This document shows positions 24,668 through 38,224 of a stretch of DNA of 64,000 bases, one piece after another. Every line of letters starts with the position of its first letter. Positions within the stretch are counted from its first letter, which is position 1. Where the stretch lies: positions 36,582,001-36,646,000 of the forward strand of contig NC_087245.1 in NCBI RefSeq assembly GCF_037042905.1, in the 5' to 3' direction. The stretch comes from Lytechinus pictus. Taxonomy: Eukaryota. The notes under the pieces were generated by a model. The model was not told the DNA's origin. It ran no database searches and saw only the letters and a list, made by a program, of their open reading frames with translations. The position numbers were made by a program, and so were the translations under genes.

Positions 24668-26299
24668 TACATTACTAGTCTATGATTGTGTTACTATTGC
24701 TGATCCTTAAGGAAATTTTTAAGATATCACAAGTTCGGCTGTACAACGAAACCTTTTATTTACATGGTGCATGATAATAGTACCAAACTAACCTATGTCA
24801 TCCTGACATAGAAAAACTCAACCAATTTTCACAAAATATATAAAATATTTTAAGAATAAAAATGTACAACTGAGAAAGTAAATGTAATTATTTTGTTCTC
24901 TATGAAACATAATCGATAAACACATTATCTGAATACGATGAGTGCGAATGGTGGATTTATTTAACGTGTCTAAATTAATCTAATAAGATGTTTGGCACTC
25001 TCCGACCAACGTTGGGTAGAATTTAGTCAACCTTCACAAAGTCCCATCATGTAAACTGGTTAATGTGTTCCGAGTACCCCGCTGGAGATAGCTTTCAAAC
25101 TATCGTAGGTTAGTCCGTTCAAGCCTATCGATTTATTCTTCGACGGAGAAAATCCATTCTTACGTTTTTGGTTACTTGGCAAATCATAATCAATCAATCA
25201 ATTATAATTCAATTTTAATGCGCGTTTTTCTGAACATTTTCAGAGAGAGCAAACAGAGTGGGTCAACGAGAAGCACCACTTTAATGTGCCATGGTATGCT
25301 ACGCTTTTGTTGAAATGATACGATTAACATGATTAAAGGGCCAAATATTGAATACAATGCAATATTTTGAAAACAAAATGATGAAAATAACAATACAACA
25401 TAATATCAAGGTTTTGAAGGGAAAAAGACAACTACACTCTTACATCCTGGTGATTTGATCATAATTCTGTACTGTCACATCTATAAGACACTTTGCAGTG
25501 GCATGATATGAGCCAACAACTTTGAGGGGCTAGATATGGCGTATCGCCTAAAAAATGTATTTTTATTACAGAAATCCAATTTTGTGAAAGATTTTGACAT
25601 AATAGTTAAGAAAATAATATCATGTTTCACCCTTCTCTTTTTTTTCCTGTCCATTTCTCCTTTTCCTGTCTTTTTTTTCTTGGCCCCATCTGAACACTAC
25701 TGACACTTGATGTCACTTCTACATGTGTATAGGAACCGTTATCATGGAGCTGGAAAACACTGACAATTTGTCAATGGGCATTTTTTACTTTCACTATGGG
25801 GAACCTCTGTACAACGCATAGATTCCTTTGAAAATGCAGTTAAAATCACAACGGAGAGCTCAGAGGCTTTTGTTGAAAGTTGGTGGACTAGGACAGCAGA
25901 TCATCCGAAGATTTGCACCGGACGAACAATCGCAAATATGTCGTTTTCCAGAGTCAAGAGATTCCGATGCTGTCCCGGTCCACCAAGTTTCGGCAAAAGC
26001 CTCTCAGCTCTCCATTGTCATTTGACTTGCATTTTCAAAGGAATCGGCGCGTTGTAGAGAGTTTCCCCGTAGTAAATGCAAAAACTCAGGATTATCTAAC
26101 AGATACGGTAAGATATCAGTGCTTCTATAGTCTAATTAAAACTCTTGGTTTTACTGACAGTCATTGTTGAAAACTTTCATGAAATTAATGGGACCAGGTT
26201 CAGAACACCCCCACCCAGTGGTGCCGGCACATGCCGATCAATGATCTCCGCCCCTCCAAACCGTTGCCGCATCAGAATCAGGTTCCGGTGCCACCGTCT

Positions 26300-26478
26300 A
26301 TACGGTTCCACGACGATTGCTCCGGCGACAATTGGTCCGATGGAAAATCTGCACGTTAAGCCAAATAGGAAAACCTAATCTCCAAAAATGAATAAATCCT
26401 AATCTTTACACCACTCTGAGGATATTCCTCTTGGATACTCTGACCGGAGCAAATGTCGCAGGAGCATGATGTCGTTTT
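26300..26478. mobile_element. Short repeat with doubled TTGCTCC/GGAGCAA subterminal inverted motifs
   Basis: gattgctccggcgacaattggtcc ... ggagcaaatgtcgcaggagca; related copy at 55560-55730. Confidence 0.6.
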
Positions 26479-26490
26479 ACTCGTCTCCGT

Positions 26491-27945
26491 CTACACCTCT
26501 TTGTCCACGTCTGTCTGATCTCCTTGTCCGAATGTGCGAGATGCGTAGCTCGATTCCATCTTCTGTTCAAAGAGGGGCGAAGTTCCACCCCGGACACAGG
26601 TGAGCATACCCTTGAGAGCCTCTCGGAACTGGGGGTGACGGACGGTGTAGATGAACGGATTGGCACAAGAGTTACAGAACCCCAGGACTGTCAGGGTATG
26701 GTGAAGAGGAGAACCTAAGTACGATGGCGGGACAAAGCCCATGACGGTACCCATGTAAGCTATTAGGTTAGGAGCCCAGCAGATGATGTAGATGATGATG
26801 ACTTCAAACATCATCTTCAGGACACGGTTCCTAGCCACCAGATGAACCGTCTTAGTCGTGGAACTGTCCTTGTCGCTCTTGAACCGGATGGACTGACGGT
26901 GTAGCTCCCTTGCTATCAAGGTCTGGGTGATTAGCATTGTAAGCATCGGGATGACCATACGGAGGAAAAACCAGTAGTAGCCGATGATGACCTGGCTTTC
27001 TGGAGAAGGAAAGCTGAACATGCACCTATTGGTTGTAGGGTCTATAAACTCCACAAAGAAAGCGAAGATACTAGACAAAACTGATAAGATCCAGATGATT
27101 AATATCACAAACTGGATACGACTCTTTGTAAGGACCCGGTTGAAATATATTGGGTAAGTAATGGCGATGAAGCGTTCGATGGATATTGCCATGAGGATGT
27201 AGGTAGAAGCATTAACACTGACCCATAAGAAGTAGGAAGTGTGAATGAGCTTGCAATACATATCACCAAACCATGTTGCAGGGATTCTCTGCTCATTGGG
27301 AATTGGGATTATGAAGATGGATGTCAGAAAGTCTGCCCACGCCAGTCCCCCGATTAAAGTGTCGGTTGATCGACCAGAGGACCTTCTCTGAAAGAGCACC
27401 AGAATGACAAGGAGATTGCCAACAATTCCTACAATTCCTGAAATGGCCTGAATGATCAGATACCAATGCCACTCCATGCCATACCAATACCAACCTGACA
27501 GCGTTTCATTCCCATCCGCCAACACAGGTGATACTGAACTGATGTCTTCGATGATGTCTTCAGGAGCAGAATGTCCAGTCCCTTCTGTTGTCTGATCAAG
27601 GCTTGTAGGGTAGGTCGCATCGGATTTGTTCCGAGGCTTCACCGATGAACTTCCGGTTGACTCGGTAGACATATGGTTTGTCGATCCATCTATTGCTGGA
27701 GGGTTACTTGGTGACGCGCTGGTATGATCACCAAGGTTTCTAGATGTCGCTGCTGAAGTCAGATCTCGGGACGTCATAAATGTATTATTATCAAATGGGA
27801 AATCACTTCCTGTCGGAGATTCTGTGGCTGTAGGTCCTGTCGAGGAGGCCATTGTAGTATCGTATACACAAGATGAAAGGATCAGCAACCATACTATGAC
27901 AGAGAACGAGTCGAAGAAGGTGTAGGTTTTATTTCCACTTGCCAT
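26491..27945 (-). CDS. Class A (rhodopsin-like) orphan GPCR, about 484 aa, uninterrupted CDS, loosely galanin/allatostatin-A-receptor-like
   Basis: Seven hydrophobic segments with TM1 GN (GIVGNLLV), TM2 LAWAD, TM3 Cys and SIERF, TM6 CWAP, TM7 NSCANPFIY. Likely start is Met29 of the 512-aa ORF (27945), just downstream of a tttcag| acceptor at 27961-27963 and followed by a hydrophobic signal-like stretch. Confidence 0.92.
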   Translation of the reverse strand: MASGNKTYTFFDSFSVIVWLLILSSCVYDTTMASSTGPTATESPTGSDFPFDNNTFMTSRDLTSAATSRNLGDHTSASPSNPPAIDGSTNHMSTESTGSSSVKPRNKSDATYPTSLDQTTEGTGHSAPEDIIEDISSVSPVLADGNETLSGWYWYGMEWHWYLIIQAISGIVGIVGNLLVILVLFQRRSSGRSTDTLIGGLAWADFLTSIFIIPIPNEQRIPATWFGDMYCKLIHTSYFLWVSVNASTYILMAISIERFIAITYPIYFNRVLTKSRIQFVILIIWILSVLSSIFAFFVEFIDPTTNRCMFSFPSPESQVIIGYYWFFLRMVIPMLTMLITQTLIARELHRQSIRFKSDKDSSTTKTVHLVARNRVLKMMFEVIIIYIICWAPNLIAYMGTVMGFVPPSYLGSPLHHTLTVLGFCNSCANPFIYTVRHPQFREALKGMLTCVRGGTSPLFEQKMESSYASRTFGQGDQTDVDKEV

Positions 27946-30505
27946 GTTTGGCAGTTTTTCCTGAAATGGATGATAAGGAAAATAATTATAATTACTAACG
28001 TGCATGTTCAAAAGTTGTTGATTTCGCATATGTGTTCGACGACTTCACAGAACTATGATTTTTGCAGTAATTATTTTTTTTTAGTTTAGACACATATTTT
28101 ATCTTTAATTGTTTCAGGTCAGGTCTCCACAGTTTCCCACTGACAGAGTTCAAGTAATATCCTTACTTTGTTTTGTATTATTTTATTGTACAAAAACCAA
28201 TACAGGAACAGTGTAAAATGTAACAATACAGATGCATTAAATATACTGAATAGGACATACATCTAAGAAAAGAGAGCCCATGACATTGTCACATTACTTA
28301 CTCAAGCAGAGCAGATTAAACATAATGTAACAAATACATAAAGTACCAAAAGTTGCCAGAATGACATCGCTGAAGTTGATGACTTCAATTGAGAATGGAC
28401 TATATACTTTATGTAGGCCTATTTAATCGAAATCATGTATATGTTATACTGTACTATATCATATTCCGCTATAACAACAGGCAGGTTTTCGGGCTACCAA
28501 TATCAAACCTTGTTTTAAGAGTACGAATAACATTAATTAAGTTAATAAAATGCAGAACTTCGTTCGCCCCTGAATCTGTATATGTAAAGAAGCCTTTACA
28601 CTGGGTATCTTTACATCAACATATTGTTTGTGATTAGAATTGGTAGCGGACGTATAGGCCTATGGTTTCACGGGCCTAATTACAACTGGCAGGCAAAAGA
28701 TATTCATTCGAGCCAACCCATTCTCAATTTTTGAATTTGATATTGCTGATTGACAAAAATAAATGAATGAATATGATTGACAATCTAGCACTGATTCTAG
28801 GGAGGGTACCTACTGAACATCTTTTTTCCAAATTGGAAAGATATATCACTACATTGGAACTTTTTTTTACTGGCGGAAGAATTAGGGCCATTTTGCTCTC
28901 TCAAGTGATGAATTTGATCCTGTGAGGTGTAGTCTTCATAAATGCCGATTTATTTTTAAAATGAGCCGGTCGAGGTACCTTTTTCTGGTCAGATATGGAA
29001 TGTCAGACATATATCCTGTCCACTGGTAGTAAACATTCAACCCTCGAATTTCCTCCTTAATTTTTTGGTTTTTTTTTAAGTGCCACTTTAACACACGAGT
29101 CTATGGGAAATGAATAAGGCCTGTGATACCATATACCATTTTTGAAGGTTCGGGGCCATCTTACGATTTCTTTCAGACAAGATGGGCAAATGACACAGCG
29201 AAGCATCGTTTAAACGGGCAAGTTTCTCTTATATCACCTTTGTTAATATAGAAGGTTGTATAATAATTTTTTTTTCTTGGTCAAGTCAAATGTTTTCATT
29301 TTCTGTCTTGTATGATATTGCTTCATCAGAATTTGTGTCATACAAAATGTATTGAGTGACTTTTCTATCATCGTAATGGGTAATGGAAAATGTTTTTCAT
29401 CTAATATCCTGATTCAAACTTTACCATTCATATCTATCCCCCATCTCTCCACACGCCCACAATAATTATTTGAATAATATTCTCAAGTCATCGACGAGGA
29501 TTCATGGAATGATATAATAAAAAAACATATTGTGGCATAATTTCTATAGCGCTGTAAAACATGATTTGGTCGTAATTTTCATCTTTCCTTGTATCTAGGG
29601 CGTGCAAAGTATGGAAAAAATACTCAAGGTAAAAAAAGTATGTGAAGAAAGAGAGTTGTCAATTATTAAAAAGGGCGGAAGGAATATTTCAATTATAGAA
29701 GGCCTCTTTCTGACCATTTTAATATCGACTGAATCTGAATGTCATAATTTTCTGATGGGAAGGACGTTGCCCAGCTCTAAGCAATGCGTGAAACATGACC
29801 AAGAGTGCGGGTCAGTTTAGAAAAAAAATCATCTCCGCGCTTCGCGCTTGCATTGATTTTATAGTGAGATAGGCATCCCGTTCTTCATTATTAAAATGTA
29901 CTTACAAAATTTGACGTTATACTAAAAAAGCAACTCTTGGGAATTGTGTGATCAACTATGCATCTCATAAACTATGGAACCACTTTCCAATGCAATAGCG
30001 TACCGAAGTGATGAACTGATTCAATCTTTTTATTATCATTATATATTTTTTTGCATTTAAGAATTTCAAAACCATATCTCGGTAGAGCATGATAAAATAC
30101 TTGCAAACAACCAACATTTGGTAAGAATCAGTCAAGGGGGACAAGACATGACCTCATGAATACATAATTAGCTCCATTGAAGTGAGTGTATTATTTGCCG
30201 ATTCAAAAATTGCTGATTGCCACCAAATTTTGGTTGTGGAGGTATTTGATCATGATTTGCTTTATGTACCGAAATATGGTATACAAAAATTTAAAATGCA
30301 AGAATGGAACATTGATGACGTCACACTTCGGCACTCTATAAGAAAGGCACAGTCTGTTCCTGATTAAAAAAAAACTCACTTGGGTTGGGAAGCATTTATT
30401 GAAATAGTGCTTAATATGTACTTTGTAGTATAAGCAATCGGAGCTTCTAAGCGCAGAAGAGTATATTTCTATCACGTGCATGAAGTTGCTGCGCTAGACA
30501 AATTC

Positions 30506-30524
30506 ATATTATTATTATTATTAT

Positions 30525-30573
<49 letters not shown>

Positions 30574-30712
30574 CGTATTATTATCAATATTATTATTATT
30601 ATTATTATTATTATATTATTATTATTATTATTATTATCATCATCATCATCATCATCATTATCATCATACTACTACTATTATTATTACTATTATTATTATT
30701 ATTATTATTATA
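30506..30712. repeat. Compound (ATT)/(TAG)/(CAT) microsatellite
   Basis: Directly visible. Confidence 0.95.
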
Positions 30713-30714
30713 AC

Positions 30715-30980
30715 TTGGTGCTGATATAGCGCATAATCAATTAAAACTGCTCTATGCGCTTTACATATACAAATTACTCTCCAATATTACAATTACACTA
30801 CACTAAAAATAAGTGTGTTTTCAAATGTCTTTTAAATGATTCGTACAGAAGTACATGATCGGAGATGAATTGGCAAACTATTCCATAATTTTGGACCGCA
30901 ATAATCAAAGCTAGCCCCCCCCCCCCCACACTAAAACAACTCTCGGAATGTGTTAGATTGAAGTGCCCTCACTAGAACGA
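30715..30980 (-). mobile_element. 3' remnant of an L2/CR1-group LINE
   Basis: Minus strand encodes SFDYCGPKLWNSLP, a typical LINE ORF2 C-terminal motif, followed by a tail leading into the simple repeat. Confidence 0.55.
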
Positions 30981-31185
30981 AGGGCCTTTTCATACGTGAA
31001 TCTTGAATCATCATTTTAATGATGATTGCTATTGTAATCGTGATTGTGATTAGCTTTCGTGATTCTAATCATGTTCTACTGTTTTAGTTTGGTTTCACAC
31101 GTGCTAAATATTCATCATTAGCCTTATTTTTCACTGGAATCATCATTCAAATTACGACTCTTTTTTAACCGTGTGAAAGGGCGGT
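30981..31185. mobile_element. Short MITE (GGGCCTTTTCATACG...CGTGTGAAAGGGCGG)
   Basis: Imperfect TIRs; an inverted relative starts at 31577. Confidence 0.6.
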
Positions 31186-31694
31186 AAGTAAACTATAGAG
31201 CTATTCGGGTGCCATTTTATGCATGCATTCACTTATAAACTAGCAATGCAACTTTGTAAAAAAAACATTTTGTCAACTGGTAACCAGTGCCAATGTTTCA
31301 ACAAAGGAGTGGCTCGATCATACTTCCGCGCTTTTAAGATGATCCTACAGCGGCGCGATTTTGAATGCGCTGCAACCTTTCATGATCTGTTTTATTGACA
31401 TTGAAAATTATTGATCAATAGAGAATTTGAGTAATCTATCCTATTAAGCACAAGAGACCGGATAGCATGGTTACCATCGTTACAAACTTCATCAGTGAGC
31501 ATTTTCCTTATTCTACATAATGTTATACAGATGGAAGTTGAGAGATTTACAGAGTCAAGTTACTTGATGAACACACCGCCCTTTCACACGGTACCAAAAT
31601 CGTTATTTGAATGATTCCAGAGAAAAATAATTCTAATGACGAATTTTCAGCACGTACGCTAATCACAATCACGAATTCAAATTCCACTCCGGAG

Positions 31695-33228
31695 CAGGCG
31701 CGGTTTTAAGGGGGCTTTGCGGACTGAAGCCCGCCCCCCAACAAAAATAAACTAAATAAATCGACCACAAAGAAAAAAAATATGTATATATAGGTCCTAT
31801 ATGCGAAGGCCTATATAATTGAATAAACAGTATTCCATTCATGTCGTCAAGTGCTCTAAAATCAAAGTTTTTAATATTCAAATTCTAACATTTTCTCGCT
31901 CGGTCGCTGAACGCTCCCTCGCCAAATATCATCTAAATCAAGAATATATTAATGCTCTCTTAAAGTGTTAGTATAAGAAATCAAAAATCTCATGCAGTGT
32001 GCTATAGTAAACTGCCTTGCAACTTTTTTTTCCAAATTAACCTCCCCATGTATACTTCACCCACCACCAAATGCCATAATATTGGAGTTTAAATTCTAAT
32101 CCTGTCGTGTTTTGTCAAAAGCGCTCCGAATTTTTGTCATTCTTTAGGATATTTCTCTTTAGAAAATGTCTCTGTCGCTATATACTCCCTGATACAGGCT
32201 AAACTTATTGAAAACATATAGTTTAGAGTTAGTGCTGATCCATATTTTGGATGGCGAGAGGGGGTAAAGACAAAAAATGTCCAAAATATTTCAGCGCGCT
32301 CTGCGCGCCAAATTATAATGCAGAATTTTGCACGTGTAGCTCACCGAAGAGTTTACAGTTTTATATGTTTAATAGTATTTTCATGTCAATTCTGATGGTT
32401 TTATAGCGGTTTCAGATGTTTGTCAAACACATTTTTGCAATGGATTCTTAAATTTTCAATCTGTCAAAATTATTTGGCAGGGCAAATCGATATGTTTGCC
32501 GCATCCCCAATATTTTCATAGCGATCGCCCCCTACCCCATGATAGAAGCAAGATGTAGAATGATTTGATTCTGCTCTCTACAATAGGCCCTATGTGTATA
32601 CTTTTGTGATATACAGGGCAGTGGTCATTGGGCCGTTTTTGCAGCCTTTATGAATGTTGAATGAGTATCCCATTCAGTAATTTAATGATGTTGCAGGTGT
32701 TGGCCTACATTTATTTGTAAAGATCATAAAGTGCTCCAAATGCTAGATTTTACTTCAAACATTTTCTCCCTGGTCACCACATTCCCGCGTAATATTTTTA
32801 AGGGGTGTTTTTTATATTAAAACCCATTCTCCTGCCATGTTGTATTATACCTTTTTTAATGTTCAAAATCTTCAAAAACGCCTCAGGAGAGAGTAACAAT
32901 GAACACAAGCCAATTTCCTGATAACCAGTCCTACCCCCCCCCCCCCATTTATCGTTAAATGCCCTCATCTTCATGTGTAACACCAATCAGGCCCTGTACA
33001 TAATATAGATGAAAAATTCTCAAGCATTTTGAAAATGTGATCTTTTTTTTCGCTCGGTCGCTAAAGAAATATTTTTATAGGCTGTTTGGTGTGTATAAGG
33101 CTATCCACAATAGGCCATTTTCATTGTATTGAAAAAACCAACGTCGAAAATTTTTCAAGCCCCCAGAAGCCCCCCCCCCCCCAAAAAAAAAAAATGAATA
33201 AAAATCTTTTAGTCTAAAACCGCGCCTG
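31695..33228. mobile_element. hAT-like non-autonomous element, 1.5 kb
   Basis: TIR CAGGCGCGGTTTT / AAAACCGCGCCTG; 8-bp flanks ctccggag / ctccagaa (imperfect TSD). Confidence 0.7.
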
Positions 33229-33495
33229 CTCCAGAAGTGAATTCTAGTTAAGTTTCACTCAAATTACGGTACGAATTTTTCGTCTGAAAGTGTTGACCTC
33301 CAAAACATATTTTGGGGGGTGGAGCTTACGTGACCTTTCTAGCACTTCCGTAAATAAACAATTTTCATGCACTCATATCATTGTAGTTTGCATTTGCGAT
33401 GCAGTGCTTTGATTGACAAGTACCGCCTTCGCTCAGGATTTAGAATTCAAATCACAGTTTTCGAGTGAACGTGTGAATGATACAATGATTCTTAA

Positions 33496-34091
33496 AGGGG
33501 AATCCAGCCTAGGCCATAAAATGGTTGTGTTGGGAAGGAGAAAAATAAATTGAACAGAATGGTGAAAGTTTGAAAGAAATCGGACAAGCAATAAGAAAGT
33601 TATAGCTGCTTTAAAATTGAGATCACTAATACTATGTAGATTTCAAATTGGCAACTGGGTAAGTAAATTATGACAAGGGGCAAGGACAACTTTCCCATAG
33701 GTCATGTACTTTATTATCAGGGATTTGTGGTTTTCTCATAAGTACCCATTCCCCTGGGGCAGTAATATAAATATAATCCAGGTAGTATATTTTTTTATGT
33801 CCTCAAGAAAGAAAAATATAATTTGAAATAAAACTTTTGGGAAAAATTACATTTTAGCCATAATATGTATTGGAGTACATGGAAGAGTAGTCCTTGCCTT
33901 ACATCACTATGACATCCCATACGCGGCCAATTTGAAGTCTCCATGGGTATAGTGATTACCAATATTTACAACTTCTAAAAATTCATAACTTTCTTGTTGT
34001 TTGTCCAATATTGTTCAAACTTTCACCTATAAACTTGTCTGATTTTTCTTTTCCTTATAAAAACAAGTTTTTATTTGGGTTGGATTCCCCT
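33496..34091. mobile_element. Kolobok-like MITE (third family)
   Basis: TTAA|AGGGGAATCCA...TGGATTCCCCT|TTAA. Confidence 0.85.
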
Positions 34092-35899
34092 TTAAGACGA
34101 ATTGCATTCATCATTACAATGGTGATTCAAGATTCTCGTGTGAACAGGCCCATAGATAAGGAAGCATCCATGTAGACACCATGGTCCATGCATTAAGAGA
34201 GCTAGAGGGGATGACAGTGTTACCAACAGACAATGTATGTGGTAGATGATGACCAAGTTTAGGAGAAACAAGTAACAGTGCCTGTTATTATTATTATTAT
34301 TTTTATAATTATTATTATTATTGTTATCATTGTTATTATGATTATTATTATCATTACTATTGTTGTTGTTGTTATTATCAATGTTGTTGTTTGTAATGAT
34401 GATGATGATGATATCCTCTACGACACAATAAATCCATCTTATTTCTCTCTTTCAAAGATATTTTAGCCCTCTTACAAACTTTCCTAAAAGACCAACTGCA
34501 GCAAATACAAAACTGTATATCAAACTTCCTCCATATGGTTCATCACGCCATTTAATTGTGAATGACATGTCGGTAATAGCTTGAACAAACATTGATCGGA
34601 AGTAATGAATTCATGACTTTATTTTATGTTCGATGAGGCAAATACAAATTGGTATCTCTGGATCTGTAGACGTGACCCAAGACCCGCTTTTTGTCGATCA
34701 TTTTAAATCACGTGAGCAAAATATGAAAGTCAGTCATTTAAGGGTTTTTTCAGACAACATGACCCATTTCAGTCAAGTGTCTTTACTCCATGTTTTCTAA
34801 ATTGTTGACTTTTTGAGTGGTCGTGTGGAAGATCGAGTAGTGTGTGTGTTATTTTAAATGATTGGTTGAAAATTACTTTCATCAAACATAAAGCGCTCGT
34901 TCCCGTGGAAAGTATTTGATTGAACCTGTAATTGTAATGATGAATAGCATAGAGTCAGGGGTCGCTATTTAGGGGAAAGCGACCCCTCCGCCTTCAAATA
35001 TTTCTCTCTCCTTCATATCCCCCTTATTCATCTTACCCCCTCTCTCTCTCCCCCTCTCTATCTCCTCGCTTTCTCTTAATCTTCCTCTCCCATGATAGTT
35101 GGCACTGTGTTGGGGAGAGAGGTAGACAGAGGGGGCGGTGTAACCCTGTCCAGGTCAACATGCGCCCCCTTTCAGTAATTACAGAAGTAACTGGAATGAC
35201 ACCTTTTTTCCGAAAAGTCCATGATTTTGCATCCACTTTTTATTCATTTTCAAATATTCCACGTTGAACTTCAGTCACAGTTATCTTCATTAAATTAAAT
35301 TAAAGCTTACACAGAATAAAGGAGGTGACAATAATGGACCCTGTGTGCCCCCAGTGAATATCTTCTTGACCCCCTCCCCCGAGAGTTGAACTACCAAAAT
35401 CGCCCTCACTCTTTCCTCTTTTTAAAAAAAAACTTATATTTATTAATTCATTTCATTTGACATGTACCAGTCATGTCAATGATATTAGATTAAATAATTT
35501 AATTCCTAATAAAATCACGAGGCAGGAATTAATGTCGCAAATCCATCTCGAATTTTGTTGTGTTTTTTTTTTGCGTAAAAGTACTCACTCATTTCATCTT
35601 TATCATAGTGTTTATTGTGAAGAGCAGGAGTCGACCTGTTATCAATGCTACAACCCTTACTGTAATGGAATGAGCCACTGACTTCAACCAAGCGAGTTCA
35701 AATGTTCCTAAAGTACTTAACGGTCTCTTTGGGATTCTCTGGAGTGGTTTATATGCCTCCATTGGATTTACATCATATGACTATACCACTATAATTCACC
35801 ATAATCAAGAAATACATAGGATAAACACATTTCCGTCCAAAATTGTATTATTATCATTATTATTATTATTATTTTATCAGTTTTTATCATTATCATTAT

Positions 35900-36236
35900 T
35901 ATTGTTGTTGTTGTTGTTTTGGCGTCACCTGAAAAGCGAACTGATCACTATGACCCACAGCTCTCTCCTCCCGATCGGGGGAATGCAATACCACTACACC
36001 GGGGTTTCCCCCTACTCTTATACGAATAGTACAGTGGGTGCAAATATGGTGACTCCCCTCTACACGGGGCCTCCATTTAACGTCCTATCCGAGGGACGGA
36101 GTGTTTTCCACTGTAACATAGCCTGCATGATCTATGAAACATGGGAGAGACGCTTACACACAACGCACTAGCCGGCTTCAGTCATCCGCCTGGGGTGGAC
36201 TCGAACCCACGATATTTGGTTCAACAGGCAGACGTC
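35900..36236 (-). mobile_element. tRNA-derived SINE (Deu-core-like family)
   Basis: Colinear with 16480-16870; B box GGTTCGAGTCC on minus strand. Confidence 0.8.
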
Positions 36237-37159
36237 TGGTTGTGAACGTTTGTAATTTTAACCTAGAAAATAAGTTTGCAAAATTTGTATAAGACTTCGA
36301 TTGGCAAATTACATCGACTTGTATTTTTGACCGTCCAAACTTGAAGGAATTCTGACTGTACCTTCAACATTAAATAATGATGATGATCCACAGCATTTAT
36401 ATTGCGCCATATTAAAAAAAAACATTCATAGGCGCAGGTTCATCCAATTAAGCTAATTACTACAACATATCTGCTAAAATGAGTGAGTTTTGACGGACGA
36501 TTTGAAGAATTCAATGTTGAGAAGAATTGAATGTATGTTTATATGTAATACTGCATGCAAACAGAAAGGCACAAGAAGTTAATGGCACCATTCACAATGG
36601 GGAGGGGGGAGGCAAAACTATAATGATCTTTCGTTAATCGATGTTTCGCTTGTATATTTCCCCCGATAGAAATAGTTCAAGTTTTATATGCCTTATTTTA
36701 AACATTATGTGAAGTGAGATTTCAGGATTGACAGAATAGAAATTATTATTTTTTTAGTATTCACAAATCGTATATTATTTTAAGGAAAAAGAGGTTTCGA
36801 CTCACGGCACCTTCAATACCACATTAGAAGCATCATTATACTTGGATCTGGTTTCATAAATAATTGTTATTATAACGAATTTCATTAGCTTTAAACTGTT
36901 AGTGCAAATTTTAAATTAAAAAAAAGTTTCATGAAACGGGCCCCCTGTCTTATTATCATGGGCTGTTCCAAGAAAATATTTGTAATTTAACAATCGATAG
37001 ACCTATTACAGTTGTAGGAAATCAATCTCGGTTTTTTATGCAAGAAGAATATCAGCAATCAATCGCAAATTCGCAATTAATTGCGAGACAAATTACTGAT
37101 CGAGGGACCGAAAATAGAGTTGCAATTGATCACAACTTTTTCTTGCAAAGCCCCGTTAG

Positions 37160-37465
37160 CCCCCAAAAGGTCTTTCCCCTACAGTGCCCCCACCCTTTGG
37201 AATTCCCTCCCCGGTACTCTCCGATCACAAAATAATCCTGGACTTTTCCAGTCTAAACTTAAGATAGTTATGCCATATGTAATTAATTAATTAATGTTGA
37301 CGTTGTTTAAGTGTAATTTTAAGTAACTTGAGTATTATATTACATAATTTTATTTCTGTAAAGTGCATTGAGAGTCTTAACAGGTGTGAAATGAGCTATA
37401 TAAGAACTACATTATTATTATTATTGTTATCATTATTATTATTATTATCATTATCATTTTATAAT
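37160..37465 (+). mobile_element. 3' remnant of an L2/CR1-group LINE
   Basis: Encodes RSFPYSAPTLWNSLP...FQSKLK, then gtaaagtgcattgag...gctatataa and an (ATT)n tail. Confidence 0.6.
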
Positions 37466-37947
37466 AATGATTAACAAATGAACATTTTTATGAGACAAAG
37501 TAAAAGAATATATAGTAAGTTAACCAAGTGGACATAGACAAAATGGGCATACGAAAATTATACCTATGGGTATGAGACCTCGTGTAGTGTATATACAAAA
37601 TGACAATTCGGGATTAGACCAGACGATTAGTAGCAGACGATGTGATCTTTTAAAAAGTAGCGGAATAACGAACATCACCCCTGAATATAATCCGCCTGCT
37701 AACACCCTCCTTCACCTTCAGTCCTATATACATGTAAACTCAACTTGCCTGACTTCGTTGCTAGGCAGTTTCTTCTCCTCCCCCATAAATTCCGTTATAA
37801 TGTTTTAGTTAATGCATTTATCACCTGAGCTCTGGAATTCAAATATCGCATATTCAATTTTTAACAGAGATTATAGAATTTACACATTCATTTACATTCG
37901 AATGACTTTAATTTATGAAATCCCAAAATATACACCCATTCTGTATT

Positions 37948-38224
37948 TAATAATAATAATAATAGCTGGATTCATAAAGCGCTTTTTGCCTGAGGATACA
38001 AAGCGCTGCTATTATTACCCCGGCTTTAGCTCGAGCTACCATCACAGGCGCTCAGTGCATTCAAGGAAATAATCCTGCCGGGTACCCATTCACCTCACCT
38101 GGGTCGAGTGTAGCATAATGTGGATAAATTTCTTGCTGAAGGAAAACACGCCATGGCTAGGATTCGAACCCACGACCCTCTGTGTGAAAGGCGAGAGTCA
38201 GAACCACTAGACCACGGCGCGCCC
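37948..38224 (-). mobile_element. tRNA-derived SINE (Nin-core-like family)
   Basis: Colinear with 6080-6360; A and B boxes on minus strand. Confidence 0.85.

Larger units (their letters stand above)
31577..34152. mobile_element. MITE of the same family, interrupted by two younger insertions
   Basis: Left end ccgccctttcacacgg and right end gattcaagattctcgtgtgaacaggccc match the two ends of 30981-31185 in reverse complement. Confidence 0.6.

Noticed and set aside
25120..25150. Hammerhead-like string on the minus strand (ctccgtcgaag...atcgataggctt)
   Set aside because: No GAAA box and no convincing stems.
27946..28029. First 28 codons of the 512-aa GPCR ORF
   Set aside because: AT-rich sequence containing a pyrimidine tract and CAG acceptor; most likely intron and 5' UTR before Met29.
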